From the NCBI GenBank assembly GCA_963724325.1, contig CAVRUH010000001.1, positions 160,001 through 224,000 on the forward strand: a stretch of DNA of 64,000 nt, read 5' to 3'. A program made the position numbers and the translations under genes. A model generated the notes under the pieces. That model was not told the origin of the DNA, did not search any database, and saw only the letters and a program-made list of their open reading frames with translations. Below are positions 41,491 to 51,254 of this stretch, piece after piece (within the stretch, counting starts at the first letter, position 1; every line of letters begins with the position of its first letter). Source of the stretch: Waddliaceae bacterium (GTDB lineage: Bacteria > Chlamydiota > Chlamydiia > Chlamydiales > Waddliaceae).

Positions 41491-42378
41491 ATGGAACCTA
41501 TTATAGTTATTGATAGAGAAACAGGTAAAAAGATTGAAGAAAAAGTTTTTGGCGGGGGGTTATTAAAAGCTTTCTACGGAAATCCTTTCGGAAGACCATT
41601 TGCCCATTTAATATCTCGAATACCTCTCATATCTTCGCTTTATGGGGCCTGGCAAAAGACAAGCCTTACCCGAAAGAACATTGCACCATTTATTAAAACG
41701 TATCAAATTGATAAATCCGAATTCCGTCAACCCATCGAAGAATTTAGGTCATTTAACGACTTTTTTATCCGAAAACTTAAGCACGAATGCCGCCCTATTG
41801 CTCAAGGACAAAATATTGCAGTCATGCCCGCAGATGGGAGGTATAGATTTTTTCAAAACATTCAAGAAACCGATGGTTTTATTGTGAAAGGAGAAAAATT
41901 CGATCTCTCCAAACTCATAGGTGATCCTATACTCTCCGAAAAATACGCAAGCGGAACAATGGTGATGGCTCGATTATGTCCCACTGACTACCATCGTTTC
42001 CACTTCCCTGTGGATTGCACTCCCAGTTCCAGTCACCTGATCAATGGCTACCTCTACTCCGTCAATCCCATTGCATTAAAGCAAAATATTCATATCTTTA
42101 CCAAAAATAAAAGAAAAATTACTCATTTGGAATCTGAAGAATTTGGAAAAGTTATTTTTATTGAAGTTGGAGCGACAAATGTAGGAAGCATCCATGAAAA
42201 TTTTGAACCCAATTTTCCCTATAAGAAAGGGGAGGAAAAGGGTTATTTTTCATTTGGTGCATCTTCCCTCGTCATCCTTTTTGAACCTGGGAAAATCGTG
42301 CTTGATCCAGACCTTACTCAACAAAATGAATTCGAACTTCTTTGCAAAATGGGAACCCGGCTAGGCAAAGCCAAATGA
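41491..42378 (+). CDS. psd: Phosphatidylserine decarboxylase proenzyme
   Basis: SFNDFF.RKLK, PADG, RLCPTDYHRFH, GATNVGSI, F.FGASS. Confidence 0.93.
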   Translation: MEPIIVIDRETGKKIEEKVFGGGLLKAFYGNPFGRPFAHLISRIPLISSLYGAWQKTSLTRKNIAPFIKTYQIDKSEFRQPIEEFRSFNDFFIRKLKHECRPIAQGQNIAVMPADGRYRFFQNIQETDGFIVKGEKFDLSKLIGDPILSEKYASGTMVMARLCPTDYHRFHFPVDCTPSSSHLINGYLYSVNPIALKQNIHIFTKNKRKITHLESEEFGKVIFIEVGATNVGSIHENFEPNFPYKKGEEKGYFSFGASSLVILFEPGKIVLDPDLTQQNEFELLCKMGTRLGKAK

Positions 42379-43124
42379 TTGCAGCGCCTCCGCAAAGAAT
42401 TAGGATGGCCGATGGCGATGCATTCCTTCCGACGGATGTTGGTAAAACAGAGCAACTAATCTATCTTACAAAAATTGCACAAAATTCATCTTTCAGTCCA
42501 TTTACCGAAGAGCAGCAAAAGGTTTTTGACACTAGCATAAAGGCTGATAAATTGAGCAGTAGATGCCTATGGCTTGATTGCACATTTAATGGAATTACCG
42601 TTATTGGAAACCTCGTACTTTTAACTCCTTGCTGTTTTCCTGCAGGCTTGGCAGCCCAAGTTATCACGGGAATCGCAAACCAAATTGCACTTACATGGAG
42701 CTGGTTTGCAACTGGAAAATTCCCAGATACAGCCAGCCAAAAAGCCAACAATATGCAGAACAAATCCCGTGAGTCTGAAAAAACGTATATCGAGCTCGGC
42801 ATCCATCTCGTTGAATTGGTAGAAACTGACCCTAAACTCGCCGCTGAAGTTGCCCAATCGCTTCAAACTAATGTTCTTCGAGAGGTCATGAAACGTCGTC
42901 TCGATGCCGTAATAGTTGAAACACATATCATTCCCCTTGAAGGGGCCTGTAAATTTCTTCTCCATAAGGAAATTCCCAATTCCCCTCCCGACTTGCATAA
43001 TGCTGTAAATATCATCTTTCTTAAGTGGCAGAATCGTGCACTATCAGAGACAGTTTTGGCTTTAAATAGAAAAATTGATCAATTAGAGGCAACAATATAT
43101 GGGCCAGTACAAATTTATGAATAA
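42375..43124 (+). CDS. Hypothetical protein, Inc-like
   Basis: About 45-aa bilobed hydrophobic segment plus C-terminal coiled coil. Confidence 0.55.
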   Translation: MIAAPPQRIRMADGDAFLPTDVGKTEQLIYLTKIAQNSSFSPFTEEQQKVFDTSIKADKLSSRCLWLDCTFNGITVIGNLVLLTPCCFPAGLAAQVITGIANQIALTWSWFATGKFPDTASQKANNMQNKSRESEKTYIELGIHLVELVETDPKLAAEVAQSLQTNVLREVMKRRLDAVIVETHIIPLEGACKFLLHKEIPNSPPDLHNAVNIIFLKWQNRALSETVLALNRKIDQLEATIYGPVQIYE

Positions 43125-43182
43125 TATTTGTTATAAATTTTCTTGAGGACTAATAAATTAATATTTGATATTTTAGGATTAT

Positions 43183-45657
43183 ATGATAATCCAACGTTAC
43201 AAAGACTCCGAAATAAGCCATTTTATTTTGGAACTAACTGGCCTTCTGTCTTTGATTCTAGGAATCGTTGTTATCTTCGGGTGGATAACGGTTAATTCTG
43301 CCATTATACAAGTCCTTCCGACCTATCCACAAATGCAACCCAATACTGCAATTTGCTTTGCATTAAGTGGTTTGGCCCTCATAGCAACTTCTTTAGATCG
43401 AAAATTTATTAGCTGGCTCGCTACCTTTATTGTAATATTCATAGCTGGAACAACAGTCGTACAGTACGTATCTCACATAAACCTTGGCATCGATCAATTG
43501 TTCATTCACCACGATTATGCAGCACACAACCCCTTTCCAGGCCGGATCGCCCCAAATACAGCAATTTCCTTCCTTTTACTTGGAATAGCTATCATATTGA
43601 TGACCCTCCCCCGCTCACAAAATTATATTTTCATAGCTCAAACAATAAGCGGCATTGTATCTGCAATTACCTTTGCCGTATTTCTCAGCTATATTTTCGG
43701 GGTCGTGAATTTAACCATTTGGTGGAGCCTAACTGGAATGGCAATTCACACTTCATTAGGTTTGCTAGTAATTAGCGCCGGCATCTTTATCTATAACTTT
43801 ACTTTAAAAGCATCGAACTATTCCCTTCCGGAAACTATCTTAGGAATAACATTCTTTGCCATCACACTCACACTCATCTTTTGGCGTAGTTTTCAAAACG
43901 AAGAATCTATTTCAGATCGAATGATCATCGAAAAAGAGGCGGAATATATCTCAAAAAGCATCTCGATTAATTTGGACCAAACCAGCAACGCACTTAAAAG
44001 ACTTGAACAGCGCCTTATTCTAACTGATATAAAAAACGATGAACTTCTAACTTTGGAATTCAATTCCTATATGGAATATTTTCAATGGATCATTGCCATG
44101 GGCATTTTCGATGACAAATTAGATTCCATTAAAATCAAAGGAAATTTTGAACATGCAAAAGAGACATTAAGCCTCAATCATTCTAAAGAGATATTTAGAA
44201 TTAAGAAATCCGTTTTCTTTATATATCCATTAAAACAAAATTCAACGATCCTAGCTGCTGAAATCAGCCTTCCTATTTTGATTGAAAATGTTCTAAAAAA
44301 AGACGTATTAAATGATTATTTACTTACAATTTATATTGGAAATGACCTCATTTATGAAAATAATCCAGATCAATTATCGGATAAACAAAACAGTTATATC
44401 TATAATATGAACTATCAAAATGAAAACTGGATGATTCAAATTTTTCCATCCAAAAAACTTCTCCCCTCACATGTTATATTACTTCCAGCTTTAATTTTAA
44501 CTACTGGGGCTTTGACTACATTTTTGCTTATTGCAGTCATTTCTCTTGCATTTTTTGCCACCGAATCGAAAAAAGAGGTCTTAAGGTTGCTGTCAATGAA
44601 GGAACAAAACCTTGCATTTAGACAGGCTATCCTGGATAGCTCCGCCTACAGCACTATAGCAACTGACAAAAACGGAAAAATATTATTTTTTAATAAGGCT
44701 GCTGAACATCTTCTCGGATACTCAGAAAAAGAAATGGTCGAAAAACAAACTCCAGAAGTATTCCACGATAAAAATGAAATAATCAAAAGAGCCGAGGAAT
44801 TTGGCATCAATCCAGGATTCGAAGTTTTTGTAAAGCTAGCTAGAAATGGAATTGTAGAAACTAGAGAATGGACATATATCCACAAAAATGGTAAACGTTT
44901 ACAAGTAGCACTCTCTATAACAGCCGTAAAAGATGATCAGAATAGACTTATAGGATACCTCGGCACCGCTCAAGACATCACACAAATCAAGGAATCTGAA
45001 CGATTAAAAAATGAACTTATCGCCATTACCAGTCACGAATTGCGTTCACCAATTACCGCGATTAGAGGAAGCCTAGGACTCCTTACAGTTCCAGAAAATC
45101 AGCAAAGTCTTTTGGGAATCGCCATTAAAAACTGCGATCGATTAGTCCACCTAACTAATGATATTTTAGATATTCAGAAAATGGAATCGGGGGCCCAAGA
45201 TTTTGAATTCCACGACATATGGCTACCTGTACTCATTCAGCAGGCCACTGAGGCTAATCAGGGATTGGCCATGGGGAAAAAAGCGAAGATTGTCGTAGCT
45301 TCAAATCCTCCGGATGTGACCGTTTATGCCGATCAAGATAGGCTGATACAGGTGTTAAATAACCTTCTTTCAAATGCGATAAAATACACACCTATAAATG
45401 GTCAAGTGACTATAAGTTCTGACATCCATGACAGTTTTGTGCGCATAATCGTTTCTGACCAAGGACCGCGCATTCCCGAAAAATACCGTTCTCTCATTTT
45501 CCAGAAGTTTTCACAGGTTCCTGAGACAGGAAAAACAGGCACAGGCCTCGGTTTAACTATAGCGAAAGCAATAGTGGAAAAGCACCACGGATCTATTGGT
45601 TTTGACACTTCCCCCAGAGGAAGCTCCTTCTGGTTTACTCTCCCAATTAAAAATTAA
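43183..45657 (+). CDS. Membrane sensor histidine kinase with PAS domain
   Basis: Multiple TM segments, PAS (FN.AAE.LLGY), SHELRSP, NLLSNAIKY, GTGLGL. Confidence 0.93.
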   Translation: MIIQRYKDSEISHFILELTGLLSLILGIVVIFGWITVNSAIIQVLPTYPQMQPNTAICFALSGLALIATSLDRKFISWLATFIVIFIAGTTVVQYVSHINLGIDQLFIHHDYAAHNPFPGRIAPNTAISFLLLGIAIILMTLPRSQNYIFIAQTISGIVSAITFAVFLSYIFGVVNLTIWWSLTGMAIHTSLGLLVISAGIFIYNFTLKASNYSLPETILGITFFAITLTLIFWRSFQNEESISDRMIIEKEAEYISKSISINLDQTSNALKRLEQRLILTDIKNDELLTLEFNSYMEYFQWIIAMGIFDDKLDSIKIKGNFEHAKETLSLNHSKEIFRIKKSVFFIYPLKQNSTILAAEISLPILIENVLKKDVLNDYLLTIYIGNDLIYENNPDQLSDKQNSYIYNMNYQNENWMIQIFPSKKLLPSHVILLPALILTTGALTTFLLIAVISLAFFATESKKEVLRLLSMKEQNLAFRQAILDSSAYSTIATDKNGKILFFNKAAEHLLGYSEKEMVEKQTPEVFHDKNEIIKRAEEFGINPGFEVFVKLARNGIVETREWTYIHKNGKRLQVALSITAVKDDQNRLIGYLGTAQDITQIKESERLKNELIAITSHELRSPITAIRGSLGLLTVPENQQSLLGIAIKNCDRLVHLTNDILDIQKMESGAQDFEFHDIWLPVLIQQATEANQGLAMGKKAKIVVASNPPDVTVYADQDRLIQVLNNLLSNAIKYTPINGQVTISSDIHDSFVRIIVSDQGPRIPEKYRSLIFQKFSQVPETGKTGTGLGLTIAKAIVEKHHGSIGFDTSPRGSSFWFTLPIKN

Positions 45658-45723
45658 GTAGTGCCTATACATTTAATAAATAATTTGGTATAATTAAGGT
45701 ATCCACGCGATGGAGTCTATTAA

Positions 45724-47334
45724 ATGAATAATATAAATAGTACAAATTTTACAAAAAATACTGATTACAAGGAAGGATTCAACGTAACCCAACGCCACGT
45801 CGGTAAAATTTATAAAAAAATTCAAGAAGGCAATATACTTACAAGCTCCGTTGCAAAAGTCTGGTCTGTAGTTTTCCCCATACTTCTTTTCTGCACTATT
45901 ATTTTTATTCCAAGAGCTGTTCGATTTAACGAAAGACTTAAAATTGAAGCTCAAAAAAATCAGTTTGAAAAAGATGTTAAGACCATAACCCCTCCAGTGC
46001 ATGGTGAAGTTTTAATCGACACCAAAGTAGAAACTTCCAATCATATTGCAAGCTATATCATCCATGATGATATCGTTTGGACAAAATCCAAGATGGATCA
46101 GAATGCCCAATGGACTCCCATGTTTATGGATGGTTATCCAGAAAAAAAACCCATAGAAATCAGGGCTGATGGAGCTAATTTAATGGTCGTTGATAATACA
46201 GGGGAAGTTCATTACAAAAAGACAATTAAAGAAAAAAGAATAGGCGATGATTACCATTATGCCGACAAATCTACAAAAGATAATTGGAAGGAAACCTGGT
46301 TTACGCTTCCCGGAATAAGCAAAATTACAAATTTATTCACGGTACGCAAATTGTTTCTTCCAAATCAAACTAAAGCATGGGCTATAGGACATAGAGGCCA
46401 ATTGACCGGCGGGATAAACGATGCTAAAGGACGATTTCACAAAGTGGATGCTGGTGTAACAACAATGTACGTATTGGATAAAAATGGAAAAGACATATTT
46501 CTTTATGACCCTTGGAAACCACAAACCATTAAGGTCAGTGTTCCCATAACCGAAACTGCCGACGAACCATTCGTTGCAGAAAACATAAATGTTGCTGGTT
46601 CTACAGTAATGGTAATTGGTTACTCGTATAAGAATGATGAAAACGGAATATCTGTCAAAACTCCGGAAATCCGAACATTTATGTGCGACATTGACTCATT
46701 AGGATGGAATCCTATTTTAAAATATACCTATAATGAAAATACACAAAACTCTGAAGAACGGATACTGCCGACTCAAAAAAAGTTTGAAACACATAAATTA
46801 CCAGATGGAAATATAACCTCTACCATCACAATAGTTCAAACTGGCCTGGGAAATGATGCTCGAGAAATGAGGGTATTTGGAGATCAAGAGGGAGTCCCTG
46901 GATTTTTCAGCAAGAATTTAAACGAGGCAGAATGGAATTTTCATCCCCATAGTGTAGATGAGATAGGAGCTCCTATGGTAGAAGAAGAAAGTGTAATGCC
47001 GCCTAATTCCGTTAAGAACTGGAAAGGAAGGATTGAGGAAGTGGACCTTTCAATTCATAACTTCAATGAAAATACAGTTTATGCTGATGTAAAGGATGGA
47101 GAAAAGGTTATGTTTTTCTTACATAGAAAAGAAAATATTATCCAGAAATTGATTACCGGCAAAGATTCACATCTATACGATTTGGTACCTACAGCTGAAG
47201 CAGAGCTCGAGCAATCATTCAAAAATCGTTTCAAAAAAATGAAGCCAATGAGAGTCAAAGTCATCAAGGATCAACAAGGTAAACTATCCATCACTGGTCA
47301 AGGCCTAAACGTAAAGTTCAACATTGCTTCCTAG
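45724..47334 (+). CDS. Hypothetical protein with one TM segment and a beta-rich body
   Basis: 536-aa ORF; no assignable family. Confidence 0.75.
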   Translation: MNNINSTNFTKNTDYKEGFNVTQRHVGKIYKKIQEGNILTSSVAKVWSVVFPILLFCTIIFIPRAVRFNERLKIEAQKNQFEKDVKTITPPVHGEVLIDTKVETSNHIASYIIHDDIVWTKSKMDQNAQWTPMFMDGYPEKKPIEIRADGANLMVVDNTGEVHYKKTIKEKRIGDDYHYADKSTKDNWKETWFTLPGISKITNLFTVRKLFLPNQTKAWAIGHRGQLTGGINDAKGRFHKVDAGVTTMYVLDKNGKDIFLYDPWKPQTIKVSVPITETADEPFVAENINVAGSTVMVIGYSYKNDENGISVKTPEIRTFMCDIDSLGWNPILKYTYNENTQNSEERILPTQKKFETHKLPDGNITSTITIVQTGLGNDAREMRVFGDQEGVPGFFSKNLNEAEWNFHPHSVDEIGAPMVEEESVMPPNSVKNWKGRIEEVDLSIHNFNENTVYADVKDGEKVMFFLHRKENIIQKLITGKDSHLYDLVPTAEAELEQSFKNRFKKMKPMRVKVIKDQQGKLSITGQGLNVKFNIAS

Positions 47335-47393
47335 ATTTAAATACACACACATCCAAAAAACAGTTTCCTAGATGTAAAGACAATTCCAAATAA

Positions 47394-47690
47394 AAAACAG
47401 GATATGCAGGATCGCAAGCGGCAGGATATGAAGGCATACGCATCAACTTTAAAAAATTTTAACACCGAGTTCACCGAGAAAACAGAGATAACAGAGAGAA
47501 CTATTTTACACTCAATGATCTCTTTTGTGTTCTCTCGTGTTCTCTGTGGTAAAAATTATTTTAGGTTGATACGTATGGGATATGAAGGATGATAGGAAGA
47601 TGATGTCAATGACTTTTTATTTTAAAGCAGGGTAAGAAGTTACATAAATCATTCATATCCTGCCGCTTGCGATCTTGCATATCCTGTTTT
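47394..47690. repeat. Inverted pair of family C repeats (47394-47432 and 47652-47690)
   Basis: AAAACAGGATATGCA(G/A)GATCGCAAGCGGCAGGATATGAA, 38/39 identical in inverted orientation. Confidence 0.8.
47435..47577. mobile_element. MITE family B, intact 143-bp copy with 11-bp TSD
   Basis: CATACGCATCAACTTTAAA...TTTTAGGTTGATACGTATG; direct repeat GGATATGAAGG at 47424-47434 and 47578-47588. Confidence 0.88.
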
Positions 47691-47800
47691 CCTTTTGTAG
47701 TGAGGTTAATAAGGTATCGATATCAATGATCTCTCTAGTATTCTCTGTGGCAAAAGATGGATGAGTTTAATAATAGCCTATGACGTAGCGCTATTAAGCG

Positions 47801-49483
47801 CTAGTCATTAAGCTCATCCCCAGCGGAATGCTGGAATGAGCTTGTTTTGGCTTGTTCTTCGACGATTTTTTTAAGGTTATCGTTGAGCACTTTATTGTCA
47901 GGATAATCTTTGATTAACAATTCTGTAAGCTCTCGAGCCTTTTCCCAATTTCTTTCGTTATATGCTTTCTTAGCAAGATATGAACGAGCTTCAGCCGATG
48001 AATTTTCTAGAGACAAATAGATCTCATCTGCTGTTTTTGCATCGTCTTCTTGAAGTGCAATACGGCCCAGCGTTTCCCTTCCAACAGTGCTTGTGAGAAG
48101 TTCCGGTTGATTCATAATCACTTGCTTCGCCTTTGAATATTCCTTCATCTCCATAAAAATTTTAACAGCTTGAAGAGATGTATTGTAACTTAAAGTAGAA
48201 TCTAGACCTATCGCGGCCTCTGGCCATTTTGCAGTAAATAAAGCTGCTGCAAAGGCATCTTCAATCGACTTATGTTCTTCACTCAAAATCGACTTTAAGT
48301 TTAGTTCTAACTCAGGATTCCATGAAGACGTCGCAAAAGGATTATATGTAAGCAAATGAAGAGCTTCTTTTTCATCCTTATCCTTTAAACTTTGCAGCAA
48401 CCTCATCCAGTAAGTAGATTGTTGTGTTGTTAAAAACTGTTCTCCATGTTCTATTTTTGCAAAAGCATCCTGATTCCAAAACTGGCCGTCGTTTAGCCCG
48501 ACGTAGTAAGCAATAAGTGGCTCTAAAGATCCTTGCGGGAGTGTATTTTGCTTCCAATCAAAAGAAATTGGCTTAATAACTCTATTCCAGAAATAGGCCT
48601 TTTCCCATATCACATCAATTGAATTCGACGATAAATTAGCACTCAAGACATCGAGAGCAGGTTCATACTTTTCATGCCGTAAGTAAAAATCAGCAAGCTG
48701 ATCTTTAAGGTATAAATTTCCTGGAAGTAAGGCGACGGCTGCTCGATACTCGGTATGTGCTTGATCCAATTTCCCGTTATTTTCAAGGTGACGGGCCCTG
48801 TAACTTCTGATGTCAGGATCAGAGGGAGAAATTTTATAGGCTTCTGAAAGATAACTCCATGCCTCTTTAGGATTCTCATCGGCCCGAAGAAGGGCGAGGC
48901 GAAGCAAACGTCCAATATCTTCGTTTCCCTCGATTGTGTGCAACTGTAAGAAACCTGCAGCCTCTTTTCTTCGTCCTTGTAAAAGGAGATAATCTGCATC
49001 CAGAAGAAACCAAGCTGATTCGTCCAATTCGCGATTTTTCCACAGAGACCTTAAAGAGGCATATTTATCACCCTGATTTGATAGAATAAAACTGTTGGCA
49101 AGTATAATAGAGGCATCTTCGTGTTTCGCTAGAGCGTCTTTATTGTCTTCATAAATAGCGACGAGTTCTGCGTCATTATGTTCCAATTCTAGGGCGCGTA
49201 TGTATAAATCCAGCCATTTTACACCATTAGGAGAAAGTGTTTTTATTTCATTTTTGTGTTGACTGATGATTGTCATGGCTTCATCAGTTTTGCCCTCTGT
49301 CATTAGCTGTTGGGCTTTTTTAAGATTTATCAATTCATGTTGAGTCAATTTTTCTTTTGCAACGGTCTTATCAGACATTGCTGACCACAAAGTGATTCCT
49401 ATAGAAGTTACGAGGACTAGGGCGATAAGTCCAAAAATTACACCGAATTTGCGCATGATTTCTCCACTAAATAGCTTTTGCAC
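47801..49483 (-). CDS. Membrane-anchored TPR-like protein (start probably 49456)
   Basis: N-terminal TM segment followed by helical TPR-like repeats. Confidence 0.75.
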   Translation of the reverse strand: MQKLFSGEIMRKFGVIFGLIALVLVTSIGITLWSAMSDKTVAKEKLTQHELINLKKAQQLMTEGKTDEAMTIISQHKNEIKTLSPNGVKWLDLYIRALELEHNDAELVAIYEDNKDALAKHEDASIILANSFILSNQGDKYASLRSLWKNRELDESAWFLLDADYLLLQGRRKEAAGFLQLHTIEGNEDIGRLLRLALLRADENPKEAWSYLSEAYKISPSDPDIRSYRARHLENNGKLDQAHTEYRAAVALLPGNLYLKDQLADFYLRHEKYEPALDVLSANLSSNSIDVIWEKAYFWNRVIKPISFDWKQNTLPQGSLEPLIAYYVGLNDGQFWNQDAFAKIEHGEQFLTTQQSTYWMRLLQSLKDKDEKEALHLLTYNPFATSSWNPELELNLKSILSEEHKSIEDAFAAALFTAKWPEAAIGLDSTLSYNTSLQAVKIFMEMKEYSKAKQVIMNQPELLTSTVGRETLGRIALQEDDAKTADEIYLSLENSSAEARSYLAKKAYNERNWEKARELTELLIKDYPDNKVLNDNLKKIVEEQAKTSSFQHSAGDELND

Positions 49484-49624
49484 TGTTGAGTATACTTCTA
49501 CCTTACTTCATCTTTTTTTGGAAGGAAAGTTTGCATCTTTACCTATTCTTAATAAAATTTTTATTATTTCTTATTAATTGAGTAGTATAATTTAATTTAA
49601 ACTAATCAAACAAAGGAAGGTATT

Positions 49625-51097
49625 ATGTTAGCAAAAACACAAGAGTTCTCAAAATTAAGAGCCTTTTTATTTCCACTTCATAATAGTGAACTAAAAAAAT
49701 TCATACCTATGGCGCTTATGATGCTATTCATACTGCTAAACTATACTATTTTGCGCAATGTGAAGGATTCTTTAGTCGTTAACGCTGAAGGTCAGGATGA
49801 AGGAATCATATCCTTCTTAAAACTTTATGGAACAACGCCATCTGCTATTTTATTCATGGTTGTTTATGCTAAATTGACAAACATTTTCTCTAGAGAAAAA
49901 ATTTTCTATATCTCTATCGTACCATTTATTGCTTTCTTTGGCTTGTTTGCGTTTTTCGTGTATCCAAATAGTGCCTATCTTCATCCATCCCAAGAAACTG
50001 TAGTGTCCCTGCAGGCATCGTATCCGTATTTAAAGTGGTTTATTGCAATGGGTGCGACTTGGAGTTATAGTTTGTTCTATATTTTGGCAGAACTATGGGG
50101 AAGTGTGATGTTATCCCTGATGTTTTGGCAGTTTGCTAATGAAATTATTAAAACAGACGAAGCTAAAAGGTATTATCCTCTATTTGGATTTGTAGGAAAC
50201 ATTGGATTGATTATCGCAGGTGTGACCGTTTCTTCATTGTCAAGAACTGGGGGTTCGATTATCTCTGGCGTGGACAGTTATAGTGCATCACTTTATCTTC
50301 TGATGTCAATTGTTGTCTTTTCAGGTCTATGCATCATCGGACTTTATTATTGGATGAACCGCAATGTTGTTCCGGTTGTAGAGACAACTGTGAAGCAAAA
50401 GAAAAAGAAGCCGACTTTGGTTGAAAGTTTTAAGCTCGTAGTCCAGTCTAAAGAGCTATTATGCATCGCACTGCTTGTCCTCTGTTATGGAGTTACAATT
50501 AATTACATCGACGTATTATGGAAAGGGCAGGTAAAAGTGTTTGCTGCCGGAGACAAGAACTTATTTCAAGCCTATATGGGTGATTTTTCTTCGACTACAG
50601 GTGTAATTACTCTGGTCCTCATGATTCTTGGCGGTAACATCCTTCGAAAATTTACTTGGCTCCAAGCCGCAGCGCTTGTGCCATTAACGCTTATTGCAAC
50701 GGGACTGTTGTTCTATGGCTCGATTATGCTAGGTTCTTCAGTCGCAGCGGTTGCAGTGGCAGTTCAGGTTGGATTCTGGCAGGGAGCTGTAACGAAGGCC
50801 TCTAAATATTCACTCTTTGATGCTACTAAGGAAATGGCATACATACCGCTTGATCCTGAGATCAAGACAAAGGGAAAGGCAGCTGTGGATGTTGCTGGAG
50901 GAAGAATTGGAAAGTCAGGCGGAGCGCTCACTTTATCGATCTTACAGACAATTTTCCCACTTGCTTCTACGGTGTCGCTTACTCCGTACCTTGCTGGGGC
51001 ATCCCTTGTGATGTTCGCCATCTGGTTCGTAGCTCTCTATCAACTCAATCGTCATCTCTTTGCACCCAAAGAGGAAAGAGAGCTCCTGGCAGCATAA
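49625..51097 (+). CDS. Nucleotide transporter, ATP/ADP translocase (NTT/TLC family)
   Basis: ELKKFIPM, NYTILRNVKD, ELWGS, FWQFAN, KYSLFDATKEMAYIPLD, K.KGKAAVDV. Confidence 0.95.
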   Translation: MLAKTQEFSKLRAFLFPLHNSELKKFIPMALMMLFILLNYTILRNVKDSLVVNAEGQDEGIISFLKLYGTTPSAILFMVVYAKLTNIFSREKIFYISIVPFIAFFGLFAFFVYPNSAYLHPSQETVVSLQASYPYLKWFIAMGATWSYSLFYILAELWGSVMLSLMFWQFANEIIKTDEAKRYYPLFGFVGNIGLIIAGVTVSSLSRTGGSIISGVDSYSASLYLLMSIVVFSGLCIIGLYYWMNRNVVPVVETTVKQKKKKPTLVESFKLVVQSKELLCIALLVLCYGVTINYIDVLWKGQVKVFAAGDKNLFQAYMGDFSSTTGVITLVLMILGGNILRKFTWLQAAALVPLTLIATGLLFYGSIMLGSSVAAVAVAVQVGFWQGAVTKASKYSLFDATKEMAYIPLDPEIKTKGKAAVDVAGGRIGKSGGALTLSILQTIFPLASTVSLTPYLAGASLVMFAIWFVALYQLNRHLFAPKEERELLAA

Positions 51098-51254
51098 TTG
51101 CGGCCTGCTGTCTCCATTTGTGGCCTGCTGTCTCCATTTGTGGCCTGCTGTCTCCATTTGTGGCCTGCTGTCTCCGACAGCAGACGACCAGCTCTCGGAG
51201 AGAGCTGGCCACTGTGCTGTCTCCATTTGTGGCCTGCTGTCTCCGACAGCAGGC
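51098..51254 (+). repeat. REP/BIME-like array, left part
   Basis: Three 20-bp units TTG(T/C)GGCCTGCTGTCTCCAT, then hairpins H1 (GCCTGCTGTC-TCC-GACAGCAGGC), H2 (CCAGCTCTC-GGA-GAGAGCTGG) and H1. Confidence 0.9.
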
